Positions 43,514 through 52,643 of a stretch of DNA of 54,123 bases are shown here, one piece after another. Position numbers and translations under genes: made by a program. This DNA comes from an uncultured Anaerolineales bacterium (GTDB taxonomy: Bacteria; Planctomycetota; Phycisphaerae; FEN-1346). The notes beneath the pieces were generated by a model. The model made no database searches. It was not told the origin of the DNA and saw only the letters and a list, made by a program, of their open reading frames with translations. Positions within the stretch are counted from its first letter, which is position 1. The number at the start of each line of letters is the position of its first letter. The stretch lies in assembly GCA_964353455.1 (NCBI GenBank), contig CAYGWP010000534.1, forward strand, positions 1 through 54,123. Direction: 5' to 3'.

Positions 43514-44344
43514 ATGCCTTTCGACGAAGTCGAGATCACCAGGGCGATCCTGGACCAGTACCACGAGAAGGTCACGCGCAGCCTGACCGGCGACGTCGCC
43601 ATCATTGGCGCGGGCCCCTCGGGCTTGGTTGCCGCTGATCAACTGGCCAGGGCCGGCGTCAGAGTTACGGTCTTCGAAAAACGCCTGGCGCCCGGCGGCG
43701 GGGTCTGGGGAGGCGGTATGGGAATGGCCGTCGCTGTGGTGCAGGAGGCGGCCGTCCCCCTTCTGCGGGAGATGGGAATCCGCCATCTCCCGGTCGGGGA
43801 AGGGCTCTACGCCGTTGACGCCATCGAGTTGGCGGGCACGCTGTGCGTCCGAGCGGTCCAGGCGGGGGCGGTCCTGCTGAACCTGACCGTGCTGCAAGAT
43901 GTCATCATTCATCAAAGCCGCGTCGCTGGCGTGGTCGTCAACCGGGCGGCCCATTCCGGCGCCCTTCCTGTGGATCCGGTGGCCTTCTCGGCGAAGGTTG
44001 TCATCGACGCCACGGGCCATGAGGCCGCAGTGGTCGAGGCCCTGCGACGCAGGGGGCTGCTCGGGTCTAATGGGGGCAACCTTCCGGGCGAGGGCCCTAT
44101 GGATGCCGCCGCCGGCGAGGCTTTCGTCGTTGAGAATGTGGCCGAAGTGTACCCCGGTCTTTGGGTGTGCGGGATGAGCGTCTGCGCAACGTTCGGCGGG
44201 CCGCGCATGGGGCCGATCTTCGGCGGCATGTTGATGTCCGGCCGGCGTGTGGCCGAATGCGTTCTGGCGGCCCGGCAAGTCATCCCTGGGGCATCAGGAA
44301 CTGGGGCGCCAACGGCTGGCGGACACCCTCAAGCCGGGCGCTAA
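43514..44344 (+). CDS. thi4: Thi4-type thiazole synthase, non-suicidal (sulfide-dependent) form
   Basis: DVAIIGAGPSGL, DATGHEA (no active-site Cys at the yeast position), and GGPRMGPIFGGMLMSG. Confidence 0.85.
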   Translation: MPFDEVEITRAILDQYHEKVTRSLTGDVAIIGAGPSGLVAADQLARAGVRVTVFEKRLAPGGGVWGGGMGMAVAVVQEAAVPLLREMGIRHLPVGEGLYAVDAIELAGTLCVRAVQAGAVLLNLTVLQDVIIHQSRVAGVVVNRAAHSGALPVDPVAFSAKVVIDATGHEAAVVEALRRRGLLGSNGGNLPGEGPMDAAAGEAFVVENVAEVYPGLWVCGMSVCATFGGPRMGPIFGGMLMSGRRVAECVLAARQVIPGASGTGAPTAGGHPQAGR

Positions 44345-44400
44345 CGTCTGTGACCGCTGACGACCCGACAAGGCGACGTGGTGCGCTCCCGAGAAGGGGG

Positions 44401-44434
44401 TTGACCGGGGGCACCAGAATGCGTATTATTATCA
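44401..44434 (+). promoter_or_regulatory. sigma-70-like promoter (TTGACC-17-TATTAT) overlapping a partial Fur/PerR-box half site (ATTATCA)
   Basis: -35 at 44401-44406, -10 at 44424-29, and ATTATCA at 44428-44434, within the only AT-rich patch of this region. Confidence 0.4.
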
Positions 44435-44466
44435 GGTAGTAGTAAGTCCTATTATGGAGCGCGTCC

Positions 44467-44943
44467 ATGACGGTTTCGCGGGCGGAGATTCGGCGACGTG
44501 TGAGCCGATTCGCCGAAACATGCCGCCGGCAAGGGCTGAAAGTCACCCACCAGCGCATGGAAGTCTTCCGCGAACTGGCGGCCAGCGACGAACACCCCGA
44601 CGCGGAGACGGTCTATGAGCGCGTGCGCAAGCGGCTGCCCACGGTCTCGTGCGATACCGTGTACCGCACGCTCTCGACCCTGGAGGCCCAGGGGCTCGTA
44701 AGCCGGACGGAGGTTCTCGGCGGTCCGGCCCGATACGACGCCAACACGGCCCCCCATCACCACTTCGTCTGCACGGCGTGCGGCGGGATCAGGGACTTCC
44801 ATAGCGATGCGCTGGACGTTCTGCCGATCCCCCGGTCCGTTGAGTCCCTGGGCCGCATAGAGTCCGCCCATGTCCAGGTTCGCGGAGTCTGTTCCGCCTG
44901 CGCGGCCCGGAAACGCAAGGCCGGACGCCGCCGGAAAAAATGA
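44467..44943 (+). CDS. Fur-family regulator, PerR-like by context
   Basis: KVTHQRMEVFREL...HHHFVCTACGG...CSAC, located directly upstream of the catalase gene. Confidence 0.85.
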   Translation: MTVSRAEIRRRVSRFAETCRRQGLKVTHQRMEVFRELAASDEHPDAETVYERVRKRLPTVSCDTVYRTLSTLEAQGLVSRTEVLGGPARYDANTAPHHHFVCTACGGIRDFHSDALDVLPIPRSVESLGRIESAHVQVRGVCSACAARKRKAGRRRKK

Positions 44944-45012
44944 CGGGCCGGGTGTGCCCGTGAAGCGCGAATCACTGAGAAACAGGAACCTTGAGACGCA
45001 AAGGAGCGACCC

Positions 45013-46521
45013 ATGGCAGAAGACAAGAGATTGACCACCGCCTCTGGAATGCCCGTGGACGACGATCAGAACACGGTGACCGCCGGGCCGCGCGGGCCGG
45101 CCCTTATGCAGGACGTCCACCTGATGGAGAAACTCGCCCATTTCAACCGCGAGCGCATCCCCGAGCGCGTGGTGCACGCCAAGGGGGCGGGGGCTCACGG
45201 GGTCTTCGAGTGCACGGCCGATATGTCGAGGTACACGCGGGCCCGGTTCCTCTCCAAGGCGGGCGAGAAGACCGAGGTGTTCGTGCGCTTCTCGACCGTT
45301 GGTGGCGAGAAGGGCTCGGCGGATGCGGCCCGCGATCCGCGGGGCTTCGCCATCAAGTTCTACACCGAGGAGGGCAACTATGACATGACCGGCAACAACA
45401 CGCCGGTGTTCTTCATCCGCGACCCGCTGAAGTTCCCCGACTTCATCCACACCCAGAAGCGCGATCCGGCCACCAACGCCCCGAATCCGGACATGTTCTG
45501 GGACTTCCTGTCGCTGACGCCCGAGTCGATCCACCAAGTGACCATCCTCTTCTCGGACCGCGGCACGCCCAAGAACTACCGTCACATGAACGGCCACAGC
45601 AGCCACACCTTCAAGTGGTACAACGCCAAGGGCGAATGCGTATGGGTGAAATACCACTTCAAGACCGTCCAGGGCATCCAGAACCTGACGCGCGACGAGG
45701 CCACGCGCCTGGCCGGCGAGGACCCGAACCACGCCACGACCGACCTGTTCCGCGCCATCGAGAAGGGCGAGTTCCCGGCTTGGCGAGTCTGCGTGCAGAT
45801 CATGCCAGCCAAGGACGCCAGGAACTACCGCTGGAACATCTTCGACATCACCAAGGTCTGGCCGCACAAGGACTATCCCCTCATCGAGATCGGGCAGATG
45901 GTTCTCAACCGCAACCCCGCCAACTACTTCGCCGAGGTGGAGCAAGCGGCGTTCAGCCCCGGTAACTTCGTGCCGGGAATCGCCGCCTCGCCCGACAAGA
46001 TGCTTCAGGCGCGGATCATCTCCTACCACGACGCCCACCTGTACCGACTGGGCCCCAACTACCAACTCCTGCCGGTGAACGCCCCGAAGGCCTGCAAGGC
46101 CGCCAACTACCAGCGCGACGGGTCCATGCGGCTGGATGAGAACGGGAGCGGCGGGCCCAACTACTGGCCCAACTCCATGGGCGGTCCCGCACCCGACGCG
46201 AGCCTTGCCGAGCCGCCCATAGGGCTGGAGGGCCAGGCCGCGCGGCATCCGCAGGAACTGACCGACGACGACTTCTTCCAGGCCGGGGAGTTGTACCGCC
46301 GCGTCATGACCGACACGGACCGTGACCACCTGGTTGGCAACATCGTTGCCCACCTGGGCAACGCCCAGAAGCGAATCCAACTTCGCCAGACCGCGCTGTT
46401 CTTCAAGGCCGATGCGGACTACGGGCATAGGGTGGCTGCCGGCCTGGGCTTGGATGTCAAGGAGGTGCAGCGCCTGGCGGCGATGTCGCAGGCGGAGCGA
46501 GTCAAGACGACCTCGGCCTGA
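45013..46521 (+). CDS. monofunctional heme catalase
   Basis: [33 protein letters not shown] and [10 protein letters not shown]. Confidence 0.95.
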   Translation: MAEDKRLTTASGMPVDDDQNTVTAGPRGPALMQDVHLMEKLAHFNRERIPERVVHAKGAGAHGVFECTADMSRYTRARFLSKAGEKTEVFVRFSTVGGEKGSADAARDPRGFAIKFYTEEGNYDMTGNNTPVFFIRDPLKFPDFIHTQKRDPATNAPNPDMFWDFLSLTPESIHQVTILFSDRGTPKNYRHMNGHSSHTFKWYNAKGECVWVKYHFKTVQGIQNLTRDEATRLAGEDPNHATTDLFRAIEKGEFPAWRVCVQIMPAKDARNYRWNIFDITKVWPHKDYPLIEIGQMVLNRNPANYFAEVEQAAFSPGNFVPGIAASPDKMLQARIISYHDAHLYRLGPNYQLLPVNAPKACKAANYQRDGSMRLDENGSGGPNYWPNSMGGPAPDASLAEPPIGLEGQAARHPQELTDDDFFQAGELYRRVMTDTDRDHLVGNIVAHLGNAQKRIQLRQTALFFKADADYGHRVAAGLGLDVKEVQRLAAMSQAERVKTTSA

Positions 46522-46554
46522 GCCCATCACCACAGCAGACCGTGTCAGGCGGAT

Positions 46555-47301
46555 ATGGGAATCCTGGAGAACGCGAGAACACGGTTCATCCGCAACTGCC
46601 GGGCACGCGGTGTTGACCCGTCTGCCAGGATTGCGGTCCGGCCCTTGTCCGCCGACGAGGCCATTGGGCCGAAGGCAGGCACCGAGTTTGTCATCAAGAA
46701 GGGCAAGGAGCGGGTGATTGAAGCCGCGTTCTCGGGCGCGCGGGGGCAAGCCTTCACCGACCAGCCCTCGTCGTGGTCGGGCCGCCAGGAGGACCTGTTC
46801 GCACTGGACCTCTCCCAGGTTCCCCACCGCGCCGTCTTCGTGGCGGGGATGAACGCCGTGTTGCGGGCCTTGGATGAGGCAAAGGGCACGGTACACTGCA
46901 CCGATGAGGATCCGATGCGATGCGGGCCGGAACTGGCACGGACGCTCGGTGAACGCTTCGGCGCCGTGCGCGTGGGCCTCGTGGGACTCCAGCCTGCCAT
47001 CCTGGCGGCCCTGGCGGATCGCTTCGGCCCGGCGTCCGTTCGCGTTCTTGACCTTGACCCCAACAGCATCGGAACCACCAAGTCAGGCGTGCCCATCTGG
47101 GACGGGCACACCGACCTTGCGCGCCTGGTGGATTGGTGCGGCGTGGGACTGGCCACAGGGTCGAGCCTCGTAAACGGGACCATCGATGACATCCGCGACC
47201 GTTTCGGCGGGGCCGGTAAGCCGCTCGTGTTCTTTGGCAACACGATCTCCGGTGCGGCCGCGCTTCTGGGACTGGATCGTCTGTGTCCGTTCGGGAGATA
47301 A
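46555..47301 (+). CDS. DUF364/DUF4213-type Rossmann-like protein (putative heavy-metal chelation domain)
   Basis: 248 aa: VGLVGLQPAILAAL...VLDLDP...VGLATGSSLVNGT. Family assignment by recall. Confidence 0.6.
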   Translation: MGILENARTRFIRNCRARGVDPSARIAVRPLSADEAIGPKAGTEFVIKKGKERVIEAAFSGARGQAFTDQPSSWSGRQEDLFALDLSQVPHRAVFVAGMNAVLRALDEAKGTVHCTDEDPMRCGPELARTLGERFGAVRVGLVGLQPAILAALADRFGPASVRVLDLDPNSIGTTKSGVPIWDGHTDLARLVDWCGVGLATGSSLVNGTIDDIRDRFGGAGKPLVFFGNTISGAAALLGLDRLCPFGR

Positions 47302-47816
47302 GTTTGCCGGTCCGCTTGCCGGGATTCCACTGGCAGAATCCCACCGGCATCCACAGCCGGCCTCGGCGTCCGCGGGGTCACGAGGGCAAAGGCCGCGCTC
47401 CCGAACCGACCGCGGTTTGACGCGCGGCACACCCCTGGGTCTCGGACATACGCGAGGCGCCGTCGTGGCAGTACCTTGATGCCAAGTCCTTGAACACGTA
47501 CAGCAAGGCGGGGTATGCCCCGACGCCCGCGGCCGCTACGGGCGCCTCGCTTTCTGCCACTGCGAAAACAGAGACAGTTTCGCTGACAGGAATGTTTGCT
47601 CCACCATACCTTGGCGAGCGAAACGTCTCTCTCGCTTTTTCGCCGCCCCGCGACCCTGCCTGTCACCGCGTGCACCGCGCGTATTCTCGCGTGGTTCCGC
47701 GGGCCTTCTCCCACCGTAGTCTCGCTACCGGCCGCCCGCGCTTGGCCTCGACGTTTGGTCTCGCGCCACCCTCCGCCGCCGCTTTATCTCTCTCCGGCCC
47801 GAAAGTCTCTGATTTG

Positions 47817-47842
47817 TTTGGACTACCCCCAAAGAGTCCAAA
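47817..47842. other. isolated perfect 8-bp hairpin (TTTGGACT-N10-AGTCCAAA) in an ~0.8-kb gene-poor gap
   Basis: Read directly from the sequence. No adjacent gene end makes it an obvious terminator. Confidence 0.5.
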
Positions 47843-48128
47843 CGCGCGCAAGTTCTGCGATTGAAAGACCTTACGAAAACGGGCCTCGGACGGCCCCTCG
47901 CATTTCGCAGCCGGATGGTTGCTCGGGCAAACATGCCGGCGAAACACTCGACCAAACAGGTCGCCCGCCACCGATGGTGCAAGTGCGGATGAGTTGCCGT
48001 ATAATGCCAGCCGCTTGACGGCGCCGACGCAGCGTACTGCCAAGGCAATGGAAACAAGAAGGAACGGGCGATCATGCCGCGCAAACGAGCCAGCCTCCAG
48101 CACGTGAACCGTGCAACCAGGAGGGGAT

Positions 48129-49124
48129 ATGAGTGCTGAGAACGTGCAAGGCGATCCCGCCAGCGGCGCCCCCGGAGCGGAAACTCTGCCGGAACGCCTG
48201 GAACGCTTCGGCGACCCCCGCAAGACCTGGAAGTGGAGGACCGGCGAAGTCGACTACATCTCGCAACTTGGACTGACGGCCGCCGACGTGCCGGAGTTGA
48301 TGGCCATTGCGCGGCAGTGGGCCGAGCCGTTCGACTGGCCCGAAGACAAGAACGATGTCTCGGGGTACGCGCCCGTGCATGCCTGGCGGGGCCTGGCACA
48401 GTTGCGCGCCACGGCGGCGATCGGCCTCTTGCTGGAGATGATGGACCCTCTGGATAAGGACGGCGACGACTGGTATCTGGAGGAGTTCCCGCACGCCTTC
48501 GCATGGACCGGCCCGGCGTCGCTGGCCCCGCTACGGGACTACCTGGCGGATGAGCGGCACGGCACGTACCCGCGGATCGCGGCCTCCGGGGGCCTGCGGG
48601 AACTGGCGAAACGCCACGAGCAACTCCGCGGCGAGGTGGTGAAGGCCCTCTGCGACATCCTGGCGCGATTCGAGACGACGGACGAGACGGTTAACGCCTT
48701 CGTCGTCAGCGATCTCCTGGACCTAAAGGCTACCGAGGCCGCCGAGTTGATCGAGCGGGCCCATGCGGCTGACCGCGTGGACCTCACCGTGTGCGGGAAC
48801 TGGGAGACTGTGCGCAAGGAACTGGGCGTCGAGGGCCTGGGGCTTGTCCCGAAAGACCTGGCGACGCGGAAGACCTGCTTGTTCCCGCCCGAAACCCATG
48901 CGAAAATGGAGGCGGCGTTCGACTTGTTGTTCCGCCGACCGATTCCGCCAACCGACCATTGGGAGGGTCCGGACGATCTGGACGACGTGGACGCCCCGCT
49001 GGCCGACGCCTCGGTGCCGCTTGGTGCTCCCGTCGCGCATCTTCAACGGGCGCGGAAAGCAGGGCGCAACGACCCCTGCCCTTGCGGCAGCGGCAAGAAG
49101 TACAAGAAATGCTGCGGGCGGTGA
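48129..49124 (+). CDS. DUF1186-like protein with a C-terminal SEC-C metal-binding motif
   Basis: AGGAGGGGA Shine-Dalgarno and a C-terminal [19 protein letters not shown]. Confidence 0.75.
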   Translation: MSAENVQGDPASGAPGAETLPERLERFGDPRKTWKWRTGEVDYISQLGLTAADVPELMAIARQWAEPFDWPEDKNDVSGYAPVHAWRGLAQLRATAAIGLLLEMMDPLDKDGDDWYLEEFPHAFAWTGPASLAPLRDYLADERHGTYPRIAASGGLRELAKRHEQLRGEVVKALCDILARFETTDETVNAFVVSDLLDLKATEAAELIERAHAADRVDLTVCGNWETVRKELGVEGLGLVPKDLATRKTCLFPPETHAKMEAAFDLLFRRPIPPTDHWEGPDDLDDVDAPLADASVPLGAPVAHLQRARKAGRNDPCPCGSGKKYKKCCGR

Positions 49125-49134
49125 TCGGCCCGAA

Positions 49135-49546
49135 GAGAGCGGTCGCCTGTCGTCCTGACGGAGCGCACCGAGCACCTCGAACACTTGGCCGAGCGGCTGT
49201 TTCCCGATGCCCGCCACCTGGTTGTTCTTCGGGGCGGCATGAGCTGGAAGGAACTCGGGGCGACCATCCCGGACAGCGAGCAGCGGGTACTGCTGGCAGC
49301 CGGGCGGTACCTTGGAGAAGACTTCGACGACGCCAAGATGGGCGTGCCGCAATCGAACTGGACGGGGCACGACATCTGGGCGATCCCGAAGCCTACCGTT
49401 GCGGCCGTCGGAAGGACGCCTTGCTCCAGCGAAACGGGTTCCTCGTGCTGCGGTTTCCGGCCGAGGGCGCCGGCAAGCATCTTGATGACGTTCTCAATGC
49501 CATACTGCGGGCCTTGGCACACCAGCAGAAGGGGCAATCTTCGTAG
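49135..49546 (+). pseudogene. remnant of a helicase C-terminus fused out of frame to a DUF559 endonuclease-like tail
   Basis: Frame 0 reads LTERTEHLEHLAERL...VLRGGMSWKELGATI...RVLLAAGRYLGEDFDD (helicase motif V/VI-like). It then shifts to frame 2, AIELDGARHLGDPEAYRCGRRKDALLQRNGFLVLRF (DUF559-like). No N-terminal helicase part is present. Confidence 0.55.
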
Positions 49547-49640
49547 CGGGCATCGCACCGGCATTGCGACAGGTCATTGTGCCCGGAACATGTTTCCGCC
49601 ATGGTAGGCGAGGTTGAAGTATCTGGCGGGAGGCGGGCCC

Positions 49641-50501
49641 ATGGCCAAGAGGACGAGGCGAGGCAGCGACAGCCAACAAGAGCCGATCACTTACCCGACG
49701 TGCGTCCGCCATGCGCAGCCGAGAAAGGACGTCAGGCTCAGGCACTTCTTCCTTTGCGATTCATGTACGCGCCGGTGGGTGCAGGAAGCCTTCGACGGAA
49801 ATGAGCCTTGCACCTACGGAGAGCCCGTCGAGGGGTACTGCCTGCTGTGTAACAAAGTCACGGATGTCAGGCTCCAGACCTGGTTCCTGTGCGACATTTG
49901 CGAGCGCGTTGCGCGTTCTATTGGCCGCAACCACGTCGCCGAGAAGGCGATCATGGACTTCTGGGAGCAGCAGATACGTCCAAGGTATCCGCACCTGAGG
50001 ATCACGCAGAACGACCTGTCATCCCTGCGGCCGCGTCGCACCAGCGACGTCTCCGGCGAAGGGCCGTTGGACTTCCTGGTGACCGACGAACGGAACGGCC
50101 AGACCGTCTTCGGGATCGAGAACAAGACCGGCCGCAGCTCAATCAAAGAGATGAGCCAGTTCCAACTGGACGTGTCGGACTGCGATTCTATCCTGCACCA
50201 CGTGCGGCAACTCAACATTCCCGCCTACGTCATCCACGCGCAGGTGCTTGAGATCTGGCAACCGCCAACAATGGGGTTCCGGACCGTTGGCCCGTGGTGG
50301 TCGGATATCTACCGGATGGCCGAGAACTTCGTGACGGTCAAGATGCGGCGGATGGAGAATCGTGGCGCGGCGTACTTCAAGCGGGCGGCCTTCGCCGCAA
50401 TCAACACACTCGGCGACGACCTGTATGACAGAAGCGGCGAACCTCGGTTGGTGAGCCGTTTCCGGGAAGAAGGCATCCCGCGGATGTACGTCATCGAGTA
50501 G
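49641..50501 (+). CDS. candidate type II restriction endonuclease (N-terminal Cys-rich zinc-finger-like region plus a PD-(D/E)xK-like core)
   Basis: CDSC...CLLC...CDIC, then PLDFLVTD...FGIENKTG (D...ExK). Convergent with the adjacent DNA methyltransferase gene. Confidence 0.5.
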   Translation: MAKRTRRGSDSQQEPITYPTCVRHAQPRKDVRLRHFFLCDSCTRRWVQEAFDGNEPCTYGEPVEGYCLLCNKVTDVRLQTWFLCDICERVARSIGRNHVAEKAIMDFWEQQIRPRYPHLRITQNDLSSLRPRRTSDVSGEGPLDFLVTDERNGQTVFGIENKTGRSSIKEMSQFQLDVSDCDSILHHVRQLNIPAYVIHAQVLEIWQPPTMGFRTVGPWWSDIYRMAENFVTVKMRRMENRGAAYFKRAAFAAINTLGDDLYDRSGEPRLVSRFREEGIPRMYVIE

Positions 50502-50525
50502 CGATGCTTCGCTCGCCGCTACGGG

Positions 50526-52085
50526 TCACGTTGCGAAAAGGACCTTCTCGACCACCTCATCAACGGCGTCTTGATCGTCCGTCAGGCGCGGCGTCTTCGC
50601 CGCCATCGCTCGAAGCTGTTCTTGCGACGGGTATCGCAGGCTCTGAAGGTCCAAGGCGTTGACTTGCGTATGCCCGCTGAACTGCCGGAAGAACGTATCC
50701 ACCACAGTGGAATTTAGAAAGATACACAGTCCCTTGGCGAAGTCTTTGGGGAGACCACGACCGCCGCAGTGGAAGTAGTTCAGGTGATTCTCGAACCCGA
50801 CCGGTCCGCCTGAAACGCAATCCGCGTCGTACACAGCCGCTACGATCCGGCGCCGTTCCTCCTTCGCGGAAAACCTACGCACTAGCACGTACGCGCCGGG
50901 CGGCACCAACAGGTCTTCCGTGTGTCTATCAACTATGATCGCGTTGGGCTTGCGCGTCTGGCCGTTTGGCCACTTGATGCGGCCCTTGTGGAAGTGCACG
51001 GGGTAGATCAGCGGCGCCGTGCCGCGCTGGGGCTGCGGGCGCAAGTGGCTCTTCGCCCGGAAATCAACCACCCGCCCCGTGGACACCGAAAAGCCGATGT
51101 CGGCAAGGGTTGCAGGCAACCGCGACATGCACTCGGCGGCGCGCTCGCCATTATCATCCACGACAAGGTGGATGAAGCGGTTGGGATCGCCAGGGTTGAC
51201 CGCCTGATGATATGGAACGCGGCGAATCCTCGCGCGATCTGTCGATGCGGCCGATACAGAAAGGACAACCCGGTCTGGTTTACGGACCCCTCTAGTCGCA
51301 TGGACGATGATATTCTCCTGGAGAACCTCGTCCTCCTTGAAGGCGTCGCTACGGGACTCAAAGACGTGGACGCGCTCCAGGGCCATCAGGTTGAGGAAGA
51401 ACCGCCGGAATGGGCGGAAATACGGGCCGTTGCAGAAACTACGCGGGGTGACGGAGACCAACTCGCCCGCTTCCTTGAGTTGGCTGGCCGCCACGGCCAT
51501 AAAAGCGGTGTAGAGGTTGCTCGTCTCGATGCCGAGCGAGCGTAGATTGCGCCTGGTCTCTGAGTCACTGTGAATCTTCCGATACGGCGGATTCATGATG
51601 ACGCAGTCGTACCGGCCCGTCCCTTCCTCGAACAGTTGGCTGGCGGCCTCCTTGGCGGCGGCTACGATGTAATCCTCCTGGCGGATCTCCCCCACGAAAC
51701 CGATGCCGGCGGCTTCGCATGCCTCCCGGCAGAACGATAAAGCCGTCTCCAAATGCCGGGCCAGAAATGCGTCGACCTCAAATGCCGTGACATGTATCCG
51801 TTCAGGAGGCAACGGCCGGTTCAGCACGTTAGCCACGAACGCGGCTGTCAACGAACCCACAGCCGCCCCCGGGTCGAGCAAGCGAATGCTGGATTGGCGA
51901 GCACGGAACATCGACGCCATGAAGGAACCGATGGCCGCAGGCGTCATGAACTGAGCGTACTTGGCCCTGGTGGTAGGCTCGATTGTGCCGTTGACGGCAA
52001 GACGGAGCCGATCCACCTGATCCATCAGCCATGCCGCATCGCGCCGTAGTGTCGCGATTTCGCTCGTTTTCCCGTTTCCGGTCAT
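50526..52085 (-). CDS. N6-adenine DNA methyltransferase (gamma-class, NPPY)
   Basis: FMTPAAIGSFMA, LLDPGAAVGSLTAAF (motif I) and VIMNPPYRK (motif IV). Confidence 0.85.
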   Translation of the reverse strand: MTGNGKTSEIATLRRDAAWLMDQVDRLRLAVNGTIEPTTRAKYAQFMTPAAIGSFMASMFRARQSSIRLLDPGAAVGSLTAAFVANVLNRPLPPERIHVTAFEVDAFLARHLETALSFCREACEAAGIGFVGEIRQEDYIVAAAKEAASQLFEEGTGRYDCVIMNPPYRKIHSDSETRRNLRSLGIETSNLYTAFMAVAASQLKEAGELVSVTPRSFCNGPYFRPFRRFFLNLMALERVHVFESRSDAFKEDEVLQENIIVHATRGVRKPDRVVLSVSAASTDRARIRRVPYHQAVNPGDPNRFIHLVVDDNGERAAECMSRLPATLADIGFSVSTGRVVDFRAKSHLRPQPQRGTAPLIYPVHFHKGRIKWPNGQTRKPNAIIVDRHTEDLLVPPGAYVLVRRFSAKEERRRIVAAVYDADCVSGGPVGFENHLNYFHCGGRGLPKDFAKGLCIFLNSTVVDTFFRQFSGHTQVNALDLQSLRYPSQEQLRAMAAKTPRLTDDQDAVDEVVEKVLFAT

Positions 52086-52172
52086 CGCAGTAGCATCCTA
52101 ACCCATCCTCAACACCAAATCCAGCCCATGTCCAGCCTCGCGGGTCCATGAAGCCCAAGCGGCTCTGAGATG

Positions 52173-52643
52173 TCAAGCCCCGTCTCGTCGGGCTGTCACT
52201 TCGTGCTTCCCGCCAAGACTCAGCGCCCTGCACTGTTCTTCCCACAGCAACGGGATCTCCTTCTTCAGGCTCCTCAAGGACAGCCCGTCGGGCTCCTGGC
52301 CGTCAAGAATGGCCTCGATGAAATCCGGCGCGAGTGCCGCCAGACGGATGATGCGGGCGACGTAAGAGGGGTCGAGTTTCAGCCGGCGGGCGATGTCGCT
52401 GTTGGACTCTGCCTCACCAGACTCGATCATCTCTTGCCACACGAGCGCCCGGGCTACAGCCAGCGCGAGCGGGCTTGGCGGCCGTGGCGGTGCCGAGGTG
52501 GCGACACCGGGCGGAAGGACAATTTCCTTGCGCTTGCCGCGCCGGCGGAAGGTCATGGGAATGTCGATGACGATCGACTCGCCGTCGCGGCGGACGGTCG
52601 GGTGACGCTCCTGGGCCTGAACCCTGTCGGCCTGCTCTATCAT
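52173..52643 (-). CDS. recombinase-associated HTH-like accessory protein
   Basis: MTFRRRGKRKEIV...IARRLKLDPSYVARIIRLAALAPDFIEAILDGQEP. ATGA overlap with the recombinase stop codon. Confidence 0.6.
   Translation of the reverse strand: MIEQADRVQAQERHPTVRRDGESIVIDIPMTFRRRGKRKEIVLPPGVATSAPPRPPSPLALAVARALVWQEMIESGEAESNSDIARRLKLDPSYVARIIRLAALAPDFIEAILDGQEPDGLSLRSLKKEIPLLWEEQCRALSLGGKHEVTARRDGA

Noticed and set aside
31703-44344. Encapsulin shell gene to partner the ferritin-like protein
   Set aside because: No ORF with an HK97-fold-like size or sequence is present in or near the cluster, so an encapsulin nanocompartment cannot be claimed from this window.
44452-46896. 814-aa minus-strand ORF
   Set aside because: It is antisense to the Fur-family and catalase genes, which have unmistakable motifs. 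This is a typical long shadow ORF of GC-rich DNA.
46545-48504. Minus-strand ORFs of 389 aa and 259 aa (46545-47714 and 47725-48504)
   Set aside because: They have extremely Arg/Pro/Ser-rich composition and no Shine-Dalgarno motifs. They overlap the DUF364 and SEC-C genes in antisense.
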